Of a stretch of DNA of 64,000 bases, positions 27,746 to 36,873 are shown piece after piece. The notes below the pieces were generated by a model. That model was not told where the DNA came from and did not search any database. It saw only the letters and a list, made by a program, of their open reading frames with translations. The position numbers and the translations under genes are program-made. Position 1 is the first letter of the stretch. Each line of letters begins with the position of its first letter. Source of the DNA: Oscillospiraceae bacterium (GTDB lineage Bacteria > Bacillota > Clostridia > Oscillospirales > Oscillospiraceae); assembly GCA_902778115.1 (NCBI GenBank), contig CACYWG010000003.1:9891-73890 (forward strand), read 5' to 3'.

Positions 27746-28603
27746 TCAGCCCACGCCGTGGTTTGTTCCCAAATTGATGGCCACATGCCCAGGATATTGG
27801 TCAAGCTGGATATACATCGGCACGCCGTCCTGATCTCCCTCAAAGAAGACAGTAACATAGCGGTTGCCCGATCTGTCTGCCAAGTCGAGCAACAGTGTCG
27901 AACCGTCTACAGCAGGCAGGTACTCGTGATAGTACTCATCCTCTACCGTGTCGGAGATCCGGTAGCCGGAAAAGCCCCAATATTCCGCCAACAGCGTACA
28001 GAAGCGGTCCACCGTCATATCTGCTGGAATGATATGGTCAAAGATATCATAGTAATATAAGGTTTTGGGTCCGTTTTCTCCTTCGATCTCAACCTCATCC
28101 ACCGGCTCATCGTCTGCATTCGGCACAGAATAAAGTGTCGCTGCCATGATTTTCCCTGTAAGAGTATCGACGTCAAGGCTGCATCCATATTCCGGCTCTC
28201 CTTCCCAGCCGAAATACCATCTCACATCATAACAGTGGCGGAATATTCGGCCGTACCAGTAGGCACCGCCATCGCGTTCCTCAGTCTCAAATATGTCGTC
28301 AGCCGGACCTTCGAACACGACATCCTGTGAGATGAGACCCATAGTCTTCCACTTTTCAATTTGTTCAAGCGCGACCTTCTCCGCCGCCTCTGGTGTGGCG
28401 ACGGCAGCATTGACGGCCCAGGCTGTGACCCCCAGCGCGAGGATCAGCGCGGCGGCCAGCGCGATGGTGATGATGCGTTTTGCTTTCATTTTTACGATCC
28501 TTTCCGAGGCGCCGGATGCATCCTCGGGCGCATAGCGGATCGCTTCCGCGATATAGCGGTCGTCCAGGCCGCTCAAGGCCTGGAATAATCTGTCCCGATT
28601 CAT
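27746..28603 (-). CDS. Putative anti-sigma factor / membrane protein co-transcribed with the ECF sigma factor
   Basis: 285 aa. It has a short cytoplasmic N-terminus, one TM helix (IITIALAAALILALGVTAWAV) and an extracytoplasmic domain. Its ATG overlaps the sigma-gene stop (ATGA). It is visibly AT-richer than its neighbours. Confidence 0.6.
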   Translation of the reverse strand: MNRDRLFQALSGLDDRYIAEAIRYAPEDASGASERIVKMKAKRIITIALAAALILALGVTAWAVNAAVATPEAAEKVALEQIEKWKTMGLISQDVVFEGPADDIFETEERDGGAYWYGRIFRHCYDVRWYFGWEGEPEYGCSLDVDTLTGKIMAATLYSVPNADDEPVDEVEIEGENGPKTLYYYDIFDHIIPADMTVDRFCTLLAEYWGFSGYRISDTVEDEYYHEYLPAVDGSTLLLDLADRSGNRYVTVFFEGDQDGVPMYIQLDQYPGHVAINLGTNHGVG

Positions 28604-29166
28604 ACAAGCAGGCCCTCCTTCTGCAAAGTCTTCCGCAATTTCTCACGGAGGCGGAAAAGGCGCACGGAGATCCGGCTCTCCCGCTCGTGCATGGCGGCGG
28701 CGATCTCCTTGACGGAGTCTGCGTACCAGTAGCGGCGAACGAAGAGAAAGCGGTCGTCATAGTCCAGCGCGGACAAAAAGCGGTTGATGCCCTCCACGGT
28801 TTCCTTGTAATCATAGTCTGCCTCGACATCGGCGCCGGAGGGGATAAAATCCTCCAGCTCGTCGAGCACCAGATCGAGACTGCCGTTTCGCTTCTGCGCG
28901 GTCTCGCTGCGGAGCTTCGACACCGCCAGATTGCGGGCGATGCGGCAAACGTAGCCGGCCAGCGGATCGGGGCGGTGAGGCGGAATACTGTCCCAGACCG
29001 CAAGCCAGGTATCGTTGGCGCACTCCTCCGCATCCCGGCGGCTGCGCAGGATGTTGTCGGCCGTTTTCGTCACGGCCTTGCCGTATTTTTTGTCCAGTTC
29101 GCTGATCGCCCGTTCCGAGCGCTCAAAGAACAGGTCGATGATCTGTGAGTCCTCCAAGTGCGTCAC
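28600..29166 (-). CDS. ECF-type RNA polymerase sigma-70 family factor
   Basis: 188 aa. A region 2-like segment (DAEECANDTWLAVWDSI) and a region 4-like segment (YWYADSVKEIAAAMHERESRISVRLFRLREKL) are present. Confidence 0.82.
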   Translation of the reverse strand: MTHLEDSQIIDLFFERSERAISELDKKYGKAVTKTADNILRSRRDAEECANDTWLAVWDSIPPHRPDPLAGYVCRIARNLAVSKLRSETAQKRNGSLDLVLDELEDFIPSGADVEADYDYKETVEGINRFLSALDYDDRFLFVRRYWYADSVKEIAAAMHERESRISVRLFRLREKLRKTLQKEGLLV

Positions 29167-29240
29167 TTCCTTTCCGCCTCATTCATCCTATCGCAAACGG
29201 AGGGCGGATCTTGCAGCTGTTCAGGAAAAAAAAGAAAAAA

Positions 29241-29413
29241 CCCTCTGTCCCGGCTATGCAAGACAAAGCCTTCCCCTCGAGGGGAAGGTGCCCCAGTGCC
29301 GCAGCACTGGGGCGGATGAGGTGGAAAACGCAAAAGCCACCTCATCAGTCTCGCTGCGCTCGACAGCTTCCCCTCAAGGGGAAGCCGGGAAGCGGCGAAG
29401 CCAGATCAGAGGG
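29241..29413. repeat. Multi-hairpin intergenic element, copy 1 (CTTCCCCTCGAGGGGAAG family)
   Basis: Four consecutive hairpins are present. They are CCTTCCCCTCGAGGGGAAGG (29269-29288), GTGCCCCAGTGC-CGCA-GCACTGGGGC (29289-29312), GATGAGGTGG..CCACCTCATC (29316-29346) and GCTTCCCCTCAAGGGGAAGC (29367-29386). CCCTCTG (29241-29247) and CAGAGGG (29407-29413) close the set. On the reverse strand a T6CT8 run follows, immediately downstream of the glg/kinase operon. Confidence 0.8.
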
Positions 29414-29426
29414 ATTCTCTCTTTAG

Positions 29427-30320
29427 CTATATACTCAGTTTCAGATCCGGGTTGTTGGTCTCCTCGACGGCGCAGGTCTGCGCGCCGGCGGAGAGGGCGG
29501 CCTCGGTCGTTTTTCGCAGGTCGAAGCCCTGCACGCCCGCCCAGACGATGGCGGCCACAGCCGCGTCGCCCGCGCCGGTGGTGTTGACGATCCGGCCGGT
29601 CATGCAGGGCAGGCGGAGCACCTCGTTGCCCTCCGCCGCGAGCATGCCGCCCGCGCCAAGGCTGACGAAGACCCGCTTCATCCCGAGGCCGAGCAGCGCC
29701 CGGGCCGACTGGCCGGGATAGTTCTCCCCGGTCAGCAGCGCCGCCTCCAGGGCGTTGGGCTTAAAGGCGGTCAGGCGCGGCAGCAGCTTCTTCATGCGCG
29801 GGGCCTTGGCGGTGCTCACCGGGTCGCCGTACATGGGCGCGGTGCAGGCCTCGGCCAGATAGTCCAGCGTCTCCTCGCTGAGGTTTGCGTCGACGACGAC
29901 CGCGTCGGAGGCGTTGATCTCCTCCATCAGCGGCTGCAGATAGTCCGGCGTGATGTGCCGCACGATGTCCATGTCCGCGATGCCGACGTGCATATCCCCC
30001 GCCGCGTTCGTGACGTACAGATAGGCCGAGGAGCGCGCGCCGGGCACGACGAGCATCCGGCTTACGTCCATGCCCAGGGCCTCGCATTCGTCCTTCAGCC
30101 CCTTGCCGAACAAGTCGTCCCCGACGGCGGCGATCAGCCGCACGTCCAGGCCGAGCAGGCGGAGATTGTGGGCGATGTTGCGCCCCACGCCGCCCTGCCG
30201 CAGCGTGATGACGCCGGGGTTGGAATCATACAGGCGCAGGGACTCGGCGGGGCCGCCGCCGATATCGGTATTGGCCCCGCCGATCACGGTGATCAACGGA
30301 CTGCGTTTCACAGCATCCAT
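29427..30320 (-). CDS. PfkB-family carbohydrate kinase (pseudouridine kinase PsuK/YeiC-like)
   Basis: 297 aa with VIGGANTDIGG, GGVGRNIAHNL and NTTGAGDA motifs. The subfamily call is tentative. Confidence 0.7.
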   Translation of the reverse strand: MDAVKRSPLITVIGGANTDIGGGPAESLRLYDSNPGVITLRQGGVGRNIAHNLRLLGLDVRLIAAVGDDLFGKGLKDECEALGMDVSRMLVVPGARSSAYLYVTNAAGDMHVGIADMDIVRHITPDYLQPLMEEINASDAVVVDANLSEETLDYLAEACTAPMYGDPVSTAKAPRMKKLLPRLTAFKPNALEAALLTGENYPGQSARALLGLGMKRVFVSLGAGGMLAAEGNEVLRLPCMTGRIVNTTGAGDAAVAAIVWAGVQGFDLRKTTEAALSAGAQTCAVEETNNPDLKLSI

Positions 30321-32707
30321 ATATTGTTCGCGTACTCGCGGATGGCGCGGTCGGCGGCGAAGAAGCCGCTCTGCGCCGTGTTGACCAGCGCCAGGCGGGC
30401 CAGCTCCTCACGGTTGCGGATGCGCTCGTACAGACGGGTCTGGCAGTCGGCGTAGGAGTGGTAGTCGGCGATGAGCATGTACTGGTCGCCGCCGTAGTTG
30501 AGCATGGAGACCAGGTCGGAGTAGCTCTTGCCGTCAGCAAAGCCCTCGCGGAAGCGCTTGAAGATGCGCTGCAGCTCGCCGTCGCTGTTGAAGATGTCCA
30601 GCGGGCGGTAGCCGCGGCGGCGCCAGTCCTCAATCTCCTCGGTGCGCAGGCCGAAGAGGAACATGTTCTCGTCGCCCAGACGCTCGTACATCTCGACGTT
30701 CGCGCCGTCGAGCGTGCCGATCGTCACGGCGCCGTTCATCATCAGCTTCATGCAGCCGGTGCCGGAGGCTTCCTTGCCGGCGGTGGAGATCTGCTCGGAC
30801 ACCTGCGCGGCGGGCACGATGGCCTCGGCGGCGGAGACGCGGTAGTTCTCCACGAAGTAGACCTGGAGCTTATCCTTGCACAGCGGGTCGTTGTTCACGT
30901 CGTTCTGCAGGCTCAGCAGCAGCTCGATGATGCGCTTGGCGGTCTTGTAGCCGGCTGCGGCCTTGGCGCCGAAGATGAAGGTGCGGGGCACGAAGTCGCG
31001 GTTCGGGTCGTCATGGATCTGCATCTGCAGCGCGGTGATGCGCATCGCGTTGAGCAGCTGGCGCTTATACTCGTGCAGACGCTTGACCTGCACGTCCATG
31101 ATGGCGTCGGTGTTGAGCGTCATGCCGTCGTTGCGCCTGGCAAAGGCCGCGAAGCGGCGCTTGTTCTCGTTCTTGATCTCCTCCACGCGGCGCAGCACCT
31201 GCGCATCGTCGGCAAAGGCGTTCAGCTCGCTCAGGCGCTCGGGCTCGAGCAGATAGGCGTCGTCGCCCAGCAGCTCGCAGATCAGGCCGTGCAGGCCGGG
31301 GTTGATCTGGCTGAGCCAGCGGCGGTGGTCGATGCCGTTGGTCACATAGGTGAAGCGGTCGGGGCGGATGGAGTTGAGGTCGGCGAAGAGGTCGCGCTTG
31401 ATGATGTCGCCGTGCAGGCGAGACACGCCGTTGACCTTATAGCAGGCGGCGAGGCAGAGGTTGGCCATGTGCACCTGACCGTCGCGGATGATCATGTTGC
31501 GGCCCACGCGCTCGCCCTGGCCGAAGTTGTAGACCAGGAAGTTGACCCAGCGCTTGTTGATCTCGCACATGATCTCCCACAGGCGCGGCAGCAGCTTCTG
31601 GATCAGATCCTGCGGCCACTTCTCCAGGGCCTCGCTCATGACGGTGTGGTTGGTGTAGGCCACGCTGTGGCGCACGATCTCCCAGCTCTCGTCCCAGCCG
31701 AGGCCGTGCTCGTCCATCAGCAGGCGCATCAGTTCGGGGATGATCATGGTCGGGTGGGTGTCGTTGATCTGGATGACGTGGTGCTCGGCGAAGCTGCGCA
31801 CGTCGCCCCACTTGGCGATGTGCTTGCGCAGGATGTCCTGGGCGCTGGCGGAGACGAAGAAATACTGCTGCTTGAGGCGCAGGGTCTTGCCCTCGATATG
31901 GTCGTCGGCGGGATAGAGCACCTTGGTGATGACCTCGGTCATCGTGCGCTGCTCCATGCTCTTGACGTACTCGCCCTCGGAGAAGAGGTACATATCCAGG
32001 GAGTTGGGGCTGTGCGCCTCCCAGAGGCGCAGGGTATTGACGCTCTTGCCGTCGTAGCCGGCGATCAGCATGTCGCGCGGCACGGCGGTGACGGCGGTGT
32101 AGCCGGTGTGCTCGGCGTGATAGCGGCCGGTATTGTCCCAGATCGGCGTGATCTGGCCGCCGAAGCGCACCTCCACCGCGTCCTCATAGCGGGAGCTGAG
32201 CCAGCTCTCCATCGAGCTGCGCCAGTTGTCGGCCACCTCGGTCTGCCTGCCGCCGGCAAACTTCTGCTTGAAGATGCCGAGCTCGTAGCAGAGCGAGTAG
32301 CCCGTGGCCTCCATGCCGAGCGTGGCCAGGCTGTCCATATAGCAGGCGGCCAGACGGCCGAGGCCGCCGTTGCCGAGGCCCGCGTCGGGCTCGGCCTCGA
32401 AAATATCCACTGCGTTGCGGCCCATGTCCGCCAGCGCGCCGGTAACGGCTTCGGAAATGCCCAGATTGAAGGCGTTCTTCATGAGGCTGCGGCCCATGAG
32501 GAACTCCATGGACATGTAATGGACTTCTTTCTTGCTGCGCTTCGGATCCTCCGCTACCAGCAGGCGGCTCATGATCTCGCGGATCACAATGGCGGTCGCC
32601 TGGAAGATCTGGTCGTCGGTGGCCGTGGCGCCGGTGACGGCGAAATGGGCGCACAGCTTGTCCTCAATGGCGCTGCGCACCTCGTCGCGTGAAATCTGAC
32701 CGATCAT
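30308..32707 (-). CDS. glgP: Glycogen/maltodextrin phosphorylase (GT35)
   Basis: 799 aa. The motifs GNGGLGRLAACYMDS and EASGTGCMKLMMNG (PLP lysine region) are present. Confidence 0.93.
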   Translation of the reverse strand: MIGQISRDEVRSAIEDKLCAHFAVTGATATDDQIFQATAIVIREIMSRLLVAEDPKRSKKEVHYMSMEFLMGRSLMKNAFNLGISEAVTGALADMGRNAVDIFEAEPDAGLGNGGLGRLAACYMDSLATLGMEATGYSLCYELGIFKQKFAGGRQTEVADNWRSSMESWLSSRYEDAVEVRFGGQITPIWDNTGRYHAEHTGYTAVTAVPRDMLIAGYDGKSVNTLRLWEAHSPNSLDMYLFSEGEYVKSMEQRTMTEVITKVLYPADDHIEGKTLRLKQQYFFVSASAQDILRKHIAKWGDVRSFAEHHVIQINDTHPTMIIPELMRLLMDEHGLGWDESWEIVRHSVAYTNHTVMSEALEKWPQDLIQKLLPRLWEIMCEINKRWVNFLVYNFGQGERVGRNMIIRDGQVHMANLCLAACYKVNGVSRLHGDIIKRDLFADLNSIRPDRFTYVTNGIDHRRWLSQINPGLHGLICELLGDDAYLLEPERLSELNAFADDAQVLRRVEEIKNENKRRFAAFARRNDGMTLNTDAIMDVQVKRLHEYKRQLLNAMRITALQMQIHDDPNRDFVPRTFIFGAKAAAGYKTAKRIIELLLSLQNDVNNDPLCKDKLQVYFVENYRVSAAEAIVPAAQVSEQISTAGKEASGTGCMKLMMNGAVTIGTLDGANVEMYERLGDENMFLFGLRTEEIEDWRRRGYRPLDIFNSDGELQRIFKRFREGFADGKSYSDLVSMLNYGGDQYMLIADYHSYADCQTRLYERIRNREELARLALVNTAQSGFFAADRAIREYANNIWML

Positions 32708-32783
32708 AGAAACGAATATACTCCTTTATGGGATAGAATCAGGGGCTGTTCTCCCCCGGCAGCGCCGGGGGAGAAGCAAAGGT

Positions 32784-33893
32784 TCAGATCTGCTTGCCCT
32801 TGCCGATGACGATGGGCAGGCTCTCGCTGCCGCGCAGATCGGTGCCCGGGGCAAAGCTGCAGTCCTTGTCGGCGATCACGCAGTCGAGCTGCGCGTTTTC
32901 ACCGATGATGCAGCTGCGGAAAATAATGCTGTTTTTCAGCTTGGCGCCTTTTTTGATGCGCACGCCGGAGAAGACGATGCAGTTTTCCACTTCGCCCTCG
33001 ATGATGCAGTTGTCCGCCACGAGGCTGTTGCGGGAGACGGCGTGCTCGCCGTAATAGGTGCTCACGCCCTCGTTGGTCTTGGTGCGCACCGGGCGCTCGG
33101 CCGGGAAAAGCTCATGGCGCTTGGCGCTGTCAAGCATGTCGCGGCTGGCGCGGTAATAGTTCTCGACGCTGTTGATCATCTCGGCATAGCCGGGATGCAC
33201 GGCAACGTCCATCTTGCCGCCCTCAGCCAGGAAATAGCCGAGGCCGTCGCGGTGGAAGCGATAGAAGTTGCGGGCGTTGCAGTAATCCATCAGGCGCAGC
33301 AGGGTCTCCTTCTCGATGACGTAGCCCTCGAGAGAGGCCAGGCCCTCGCCGCCCTTCACGTCGTAGAGCGCTTCTTTGACGAAGCCGTCCTCGCCCACGA
33401 CGAAGCGGTGGCGCGCACCCCAGGGGGTGTGGTCCGAGCAGATTGCGGTGATCTCGGCGCCGGAGCGCAGGTGCTGCTCCAGGATGGGCTGCAGGTCGAT
33501 ATTGGCGCACAGGTCGCCCAGCATCAGCACCACGTGCTTCTGCGGGATATCGCGGATATAGGCGCTGACGGCGATCAGAGCCTCCATCGTGCCGGCATAG
33601 TTGCCCTTGTGGTACTCGGGCAGACCGAAGGGCGGCAGGATGCGCAGGCCGCGGTCCTTGCGGCTCATGTCCCAGGGCTTGCCGCTGCCGAGATGGTCGA
33701 GCAGCGACTGATAGTCGCGCTGCATGATCACGCCAACATCGCGGATGCCGGCGTTCATCAGGGAAGAGAGCGGGAAATTGATCAGGCGGTAGCGCCCGCA
33801 GAAAGGCAGGGACGCGGCGGTGCGGCGGCTGACGAGCTCACCGAGCGCGGGAGCTGCGCGGTAGGCAAAAATGATTCCGTGGAAATCCAGCAT
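32784..33893 (-). CDS. glgD: Glucose-1-phosphate adenylyltransferase, GlgD subunit
   Basis: 369 aa and paralogous to GlgC, but it lacks the GGxGxRL loop (it has AAPALGEL instead). It lies directly downstream of glgC, as in Firmicutes. Confidence 0.85.
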   Translation of the reverse strand: MLDFHGIIFAYRAAPALGELVSRRTAASLPFCGRYRLINFPLSSLMNAGIRDVGVIMQRDYQSLLDHLGSGKPWDMSRKDRGLRILPPFGLPEYHKGNYAGTMEALIAVSAYIRDIPQKHVVLMLGDLCANIDLQPILEQHLRSGAEITAICSDHTPWGARHRFVVGEDGFVKEALYDVKGGEGLASLEGYVIEKETLLRLMDYCNARNFYRFHRDGLGYFLAEGGKMDVAVHPGYAEMINSVENYYRASRDMLDSAKRHELFPAERPVRTKTNEGVSTYYGEHAVSRNSLVADNCIIEGEVENCIVFSGVRIKKGAKLKNSIIFRSCIIGENAQLDCVIADKDCSFAPGTDLRGSESLPIVIGKGKQI

Positions 33894-33896
33894 GGC

Positions 33897-35096
33897 TCAA
33901 ACCTCCTCGCTCGTATAGATCATGGCGTTGGCGGGCACCTGAGCGCCCGGGCGGATGGTCAGATCGGGGCCGCAGGTGGCGACGCCCCAGCCTTCGCCTT
34001 CGTAAGGCGCGGAGCCGACGACGGCCTCGTTGCCGATCACCGTGTTCTCGCCGATGATGGCGTATTTCACGGTGGCGCCCTCCTTGACGACGGCGCCGGG
34101 CATCAGCACGCTGTAAAGGACACGCGCGCCCTTCTCCACGATGACGTTGGGAGAGAGCACGGAGTTTTCCACATGGCCGTCGATCTCGCAGCCCTCGGTG
34201 ACGATGGAATGGACGATCTCGGCGTCCGGGCCGGTGTAGTGCGGCGGGCAGATGGGGCTGCGGCTGGCGATGGGCCAGTCGGGATCGTAGAGGTTGATGA
34301 GCGTGGTGGACAGCATGTCCATGTTGGCGTCCCAGAGGCTGGTGATCGTGCCGACGTCGCGCCAGTAGCCCTGGAAGCGGTAGGGCCAGAGCTTTTCGCC
34401 AGCGGCGAGCATCTTGGGGATGATGTTCTTGCCGAAGTCCTTGCTGGAATTCGGGTCGGCATCGTCCTCGATCAGATACTGGCGGAGCTTGGGCCAGTTG
34501 AAGATGTAAACGCCCATGGAGGCCAGATTGCTCTTCGGGTGCTTGGGCTTTTCCTCAAACTCGTTGACATAGCCGTTGTCGCCGACGTTCATGATGCCGA
34601 AGCGGGTGGCTTCCTCCATGGAGACCGTCAGCACGGAGATCGTGCAGGCCGCGTCCTTCTCGATGTGCTCGCGCAGCATCTCGGCATAGTTCATCTTGTA
34701 GATGTGGTCGCCGGAGAGGATGAGCACGTTTTCGGGGTTGTAGTGCTCGATGAAGGCCATGTTCTGGAAGATGGCGTTGGCGGTGCCGGTGAACCAGGAA
34801 CCCTGCTCGTTGGCGCCGAGGTAAGGCGGCAGGATGTACACGCCGCCCTCGGCCACGTCCAGATCCCAGGGCTGGCCGTTGCCGATATAGCTGTTGAGCT
34901 GCAGGGGACGGTACTGCGTCAGGACACCGACGGTGTCGATGCCGGAGTTGGCGCAGTTCGAGAGAGGAAAGTCAATGATGCGGTATTTGCCGCCGAAGGG
35001 GACACTGGGCTTGGCCGCCTGCTGTGTCAGCGCGTAGAGACGGGAGCCCTGTCCGCCTGCCAGCAGCATGGCAATGCAGGTTTTCTTCATGGGCAC
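33897..35096 (-). CDS. glgC: Glucose-1-phosphate adenylyltransferase
   Basis: 399 aa with the motifs [14 protein letters not shown] and [15 protein letters not shown]. Confidence 0.93.
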   Translation of the reverse strand: MPMKKTCIAMLLAGGQGSRLYALTQQAAKPSVPFGGKYRIIDFPLSNCANSGIDTVGVLTQYRPLQLNSYIGNGQPWDLDVAEGGVYILPPYLGANEQGSWFTGTANAIFQNMAFIEHYNPENVLILSGDHIYKMNYAEMLREHIEKDAACTISVLTVSMEEATRFGIMNVGDNGYVNEFEEKPKHPKSNLASMGVYIFNWPKLRQYLIEDDADPNSSKDFGKNIIPKMLAAGEKLWPYRFQGYWRDVGTITSLWDANMDMLSTTLINLYDPDWPIASRSPICPPHYTGPDAEIVHSIVTEGCEIDGHVENSVLSPNVIVEKGARVLYSVLMPGAVVKEGATVKYAIIGENTVIGNEAVVGSAPYEGEGWGVATCGPDLTIRPGAQVPANAMIYTSEEV

Positions 35097-35127
35097 AACT
35101 CCTTACTGTATGTTTTTTTCGAAAAAA

Positions 35128-35718
35128 TCAATTGAACTTGTTCATGGTGCGCTCGGGTCCCTCGGTGATATAGCAGACCACGGCCTCGGCCGCCCGTTCG
35201 GCAGCGGCGGCGATGTCCTCCGCGTCCTGGTTTTTGAAGGAGGAGAGCACCCAGTCGGCCATGTCGTAGTCCTCGTGGGGCGGGGCGCCTACGCCGAGAC
35301 GGATGCGCGGGAACTGATCGCTGCCGAGGCAGGCGATGACGCTCTTGAGGCCGTTGTGGCCGCCGGCGGAGCCTTTGCTGCGCACGCGGAGCTTCCCGAT
35401 GGGCAGGGCCGTCTCGTCCGAGACGACGATCACCCTCTCCGGCGGGATCTTGTAGAATTTCGCGGCCTCCGCGGCGGCTTCGCCCGAGAGGTTCATATAG
35501 GTCTGCGGCTTCATCACGAGCACGCTCTCGCCGCCGATCTCGGTCTTGCCGGTCAGGGCGTGAAAGCGCGCGCGGTTGATGCTGAGGTCCAGCTTTTTGG
35601 CCAGGGCGTCGGCCGTCATGAAGCCCGCGTTGTGGCGCGTGCCCTCATAGCGCAGCCCGGGATTGCCGAGGCAGACGACCAGCCAGCGCACGCCGCCGGA
35701 AGCTTGAAACAGAGCCAT
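35128..35718 (-). CDS. pth: Peptidyl-tRNA hydrolase
   Basis: 196 aa with the motifs LVVCLGNPGLRYEGTRHNAGF and GGHNGLKS. Confidence 0.92.
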   Translation of the reverse strand: MALFQASGGVRWLVVCLGNPGLRYEGTRHNAGFMTADALAKKLDLSINRARFHALTGKTEIGGESVLVMKPQTYMNLSGEAAAEAAKFYKIPPERVIVVSDETALPIGKLRVRSKGSAGGHNGLKSVIACLGSDQFPRIRLGVGAPPHEDYDMADWVLSSFKNQDAEDIAAAAERAAEAVVCYITEGPERTMNKFN

Positions 35719-36683
35719 CAGGTATCGAAGATGCTGGCGATGGAGACTTCTTCGGAGATGCGGCGGATCGCCTCGGCAAAGATGGAGGCCGTGGAGAGGT
35801 AGCGGATCTTGTCCACCTTGGGCTTGTCGGCGGGATAGGGGATGGTGTCGAGCAGCAGCAGCTCCTTGATGCAGCTGTCCTCGATACGCTGCAGCGCCGG
35901 GCCGGAGAGCACGCCGTGGGTCGCGCAGGCGTAGACCTCCTTCGCCCCGCCGATCTCCTTGATGGCCTTGGCCGCGCCGCAGAGGGAGCCGGCCGTGTCC
36001 ACGATGTCGTCGAGCAGGATGCAGGTCTTGCCCTCGACATTGCCGATGATGTTCATGACCTCGGACTGGTTGGCCTTCTCACGGCGCTTGTCGACGATGG
36101 CCATGTTGGTGCCGAGGCTCATCGAGAAGGCGCGGGCGCGGGCGGTGCTGCCCACGTCGGGAGAGACGACCATCACGTCCTCGTTGTTCTTGCCGAAGAC
36201 CTTGATGTAATGCTTGGCAAAGAGGTGCGCGCCCATCAGATTATCCACCGGGATATCGAAGAAGCCCTGGATCTGGGCGGCGTGGAGATCCATGGTCAGC
36301 ACGCGGTCGGCGCCGGCGGCGGTGATCAGGTTGGCGACGAGCTTGGCGGAGATGGGATCGCGGCTCTTGGCCTTGCGGTCCTGCCGGGCATAGCCGAAGT
36401 ACGGGATGACGGCGGTGATGCGGCCGGCGGAGGCGCGGCGCATGGCGTCGATCATGATGAGCAGTTCCATCAGGTTGTCGTTGACGTGGTTGCAGGTGGA
36501 GTTGACGATGAAGACGTCCTTGCCGCGGACCGGCTCATACACCGAGACGGAGCACTCGCCGTCGGCAAACTGGCCAACGTTGGAGTCGCCCAGCTTGATG
36601 TAAAGCTGGCTGCAGATGTCTTTTGCCAGTTCCGGATTGGCGTTGCCGGTGAAAACCTTGATCTCTTTGCCGTGTGCAATCAT
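35718..36683 (-). CDS. prs: Ribose-phosphate pyrophosphokinase
   Basis: 321 aa. YARQDRK and the ILLDDIVDTAGSL PRPP loop are present. Confidence 0.93.
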   Translation of the reverse strand: MIAHGKEIKVFTGNANPELAKDICSQLYIKLGDSNVGQFADGECSVSVYEPVRGKDVFIVNSTCNHVNDNLMELLIMIDAMRRASAGRITAVIPYFGYARQDRKAKSRDPISAKLVANLITAAGADRVLTMDLHAAQIQGFFDIPVDNLMGAHLFAKHYIKVFGKNNEDVMVVSPDVGSTARARAFSMSLGTNMAIVDKRREKANQSEVMNIIGNVEGKTCILLDDIVDTAGSLCGAAKAIKEIGGAKEVYACATHGVLSGPALQRIEDSCIKELLLLDTIPYPADKPKVDKIRYLSTASIFAEAIRRISEEVSIASIFDT

Positions 36684-36811
36684 CTTGTTTTCTCCTCTGA
36701 TCTATATGATTTTGAAATACGCACTTTGGGAATTTTAGTATATCATAAAGGCTGCCAAAAGAAAAGCCTTCAATTCGGCTTTGACAAAGAAAAAGCCGAT
36801 AAAATTCCGCA

Positions 36812-36840
36812 TTTACAAGACGGTATTTTTTGTATATAAT
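36812..36840 (+). promoter_or_regulatory. Sigma-A promoter of prfB
   Basis: TTTACA (36812-36817), a 17-nt spacer, then TATAAT (36835-36840). Confidence 0.5.
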
Positions 36841-36873
36841 ATATCGGACTAAGAATTAGGAGACTATTGCATC

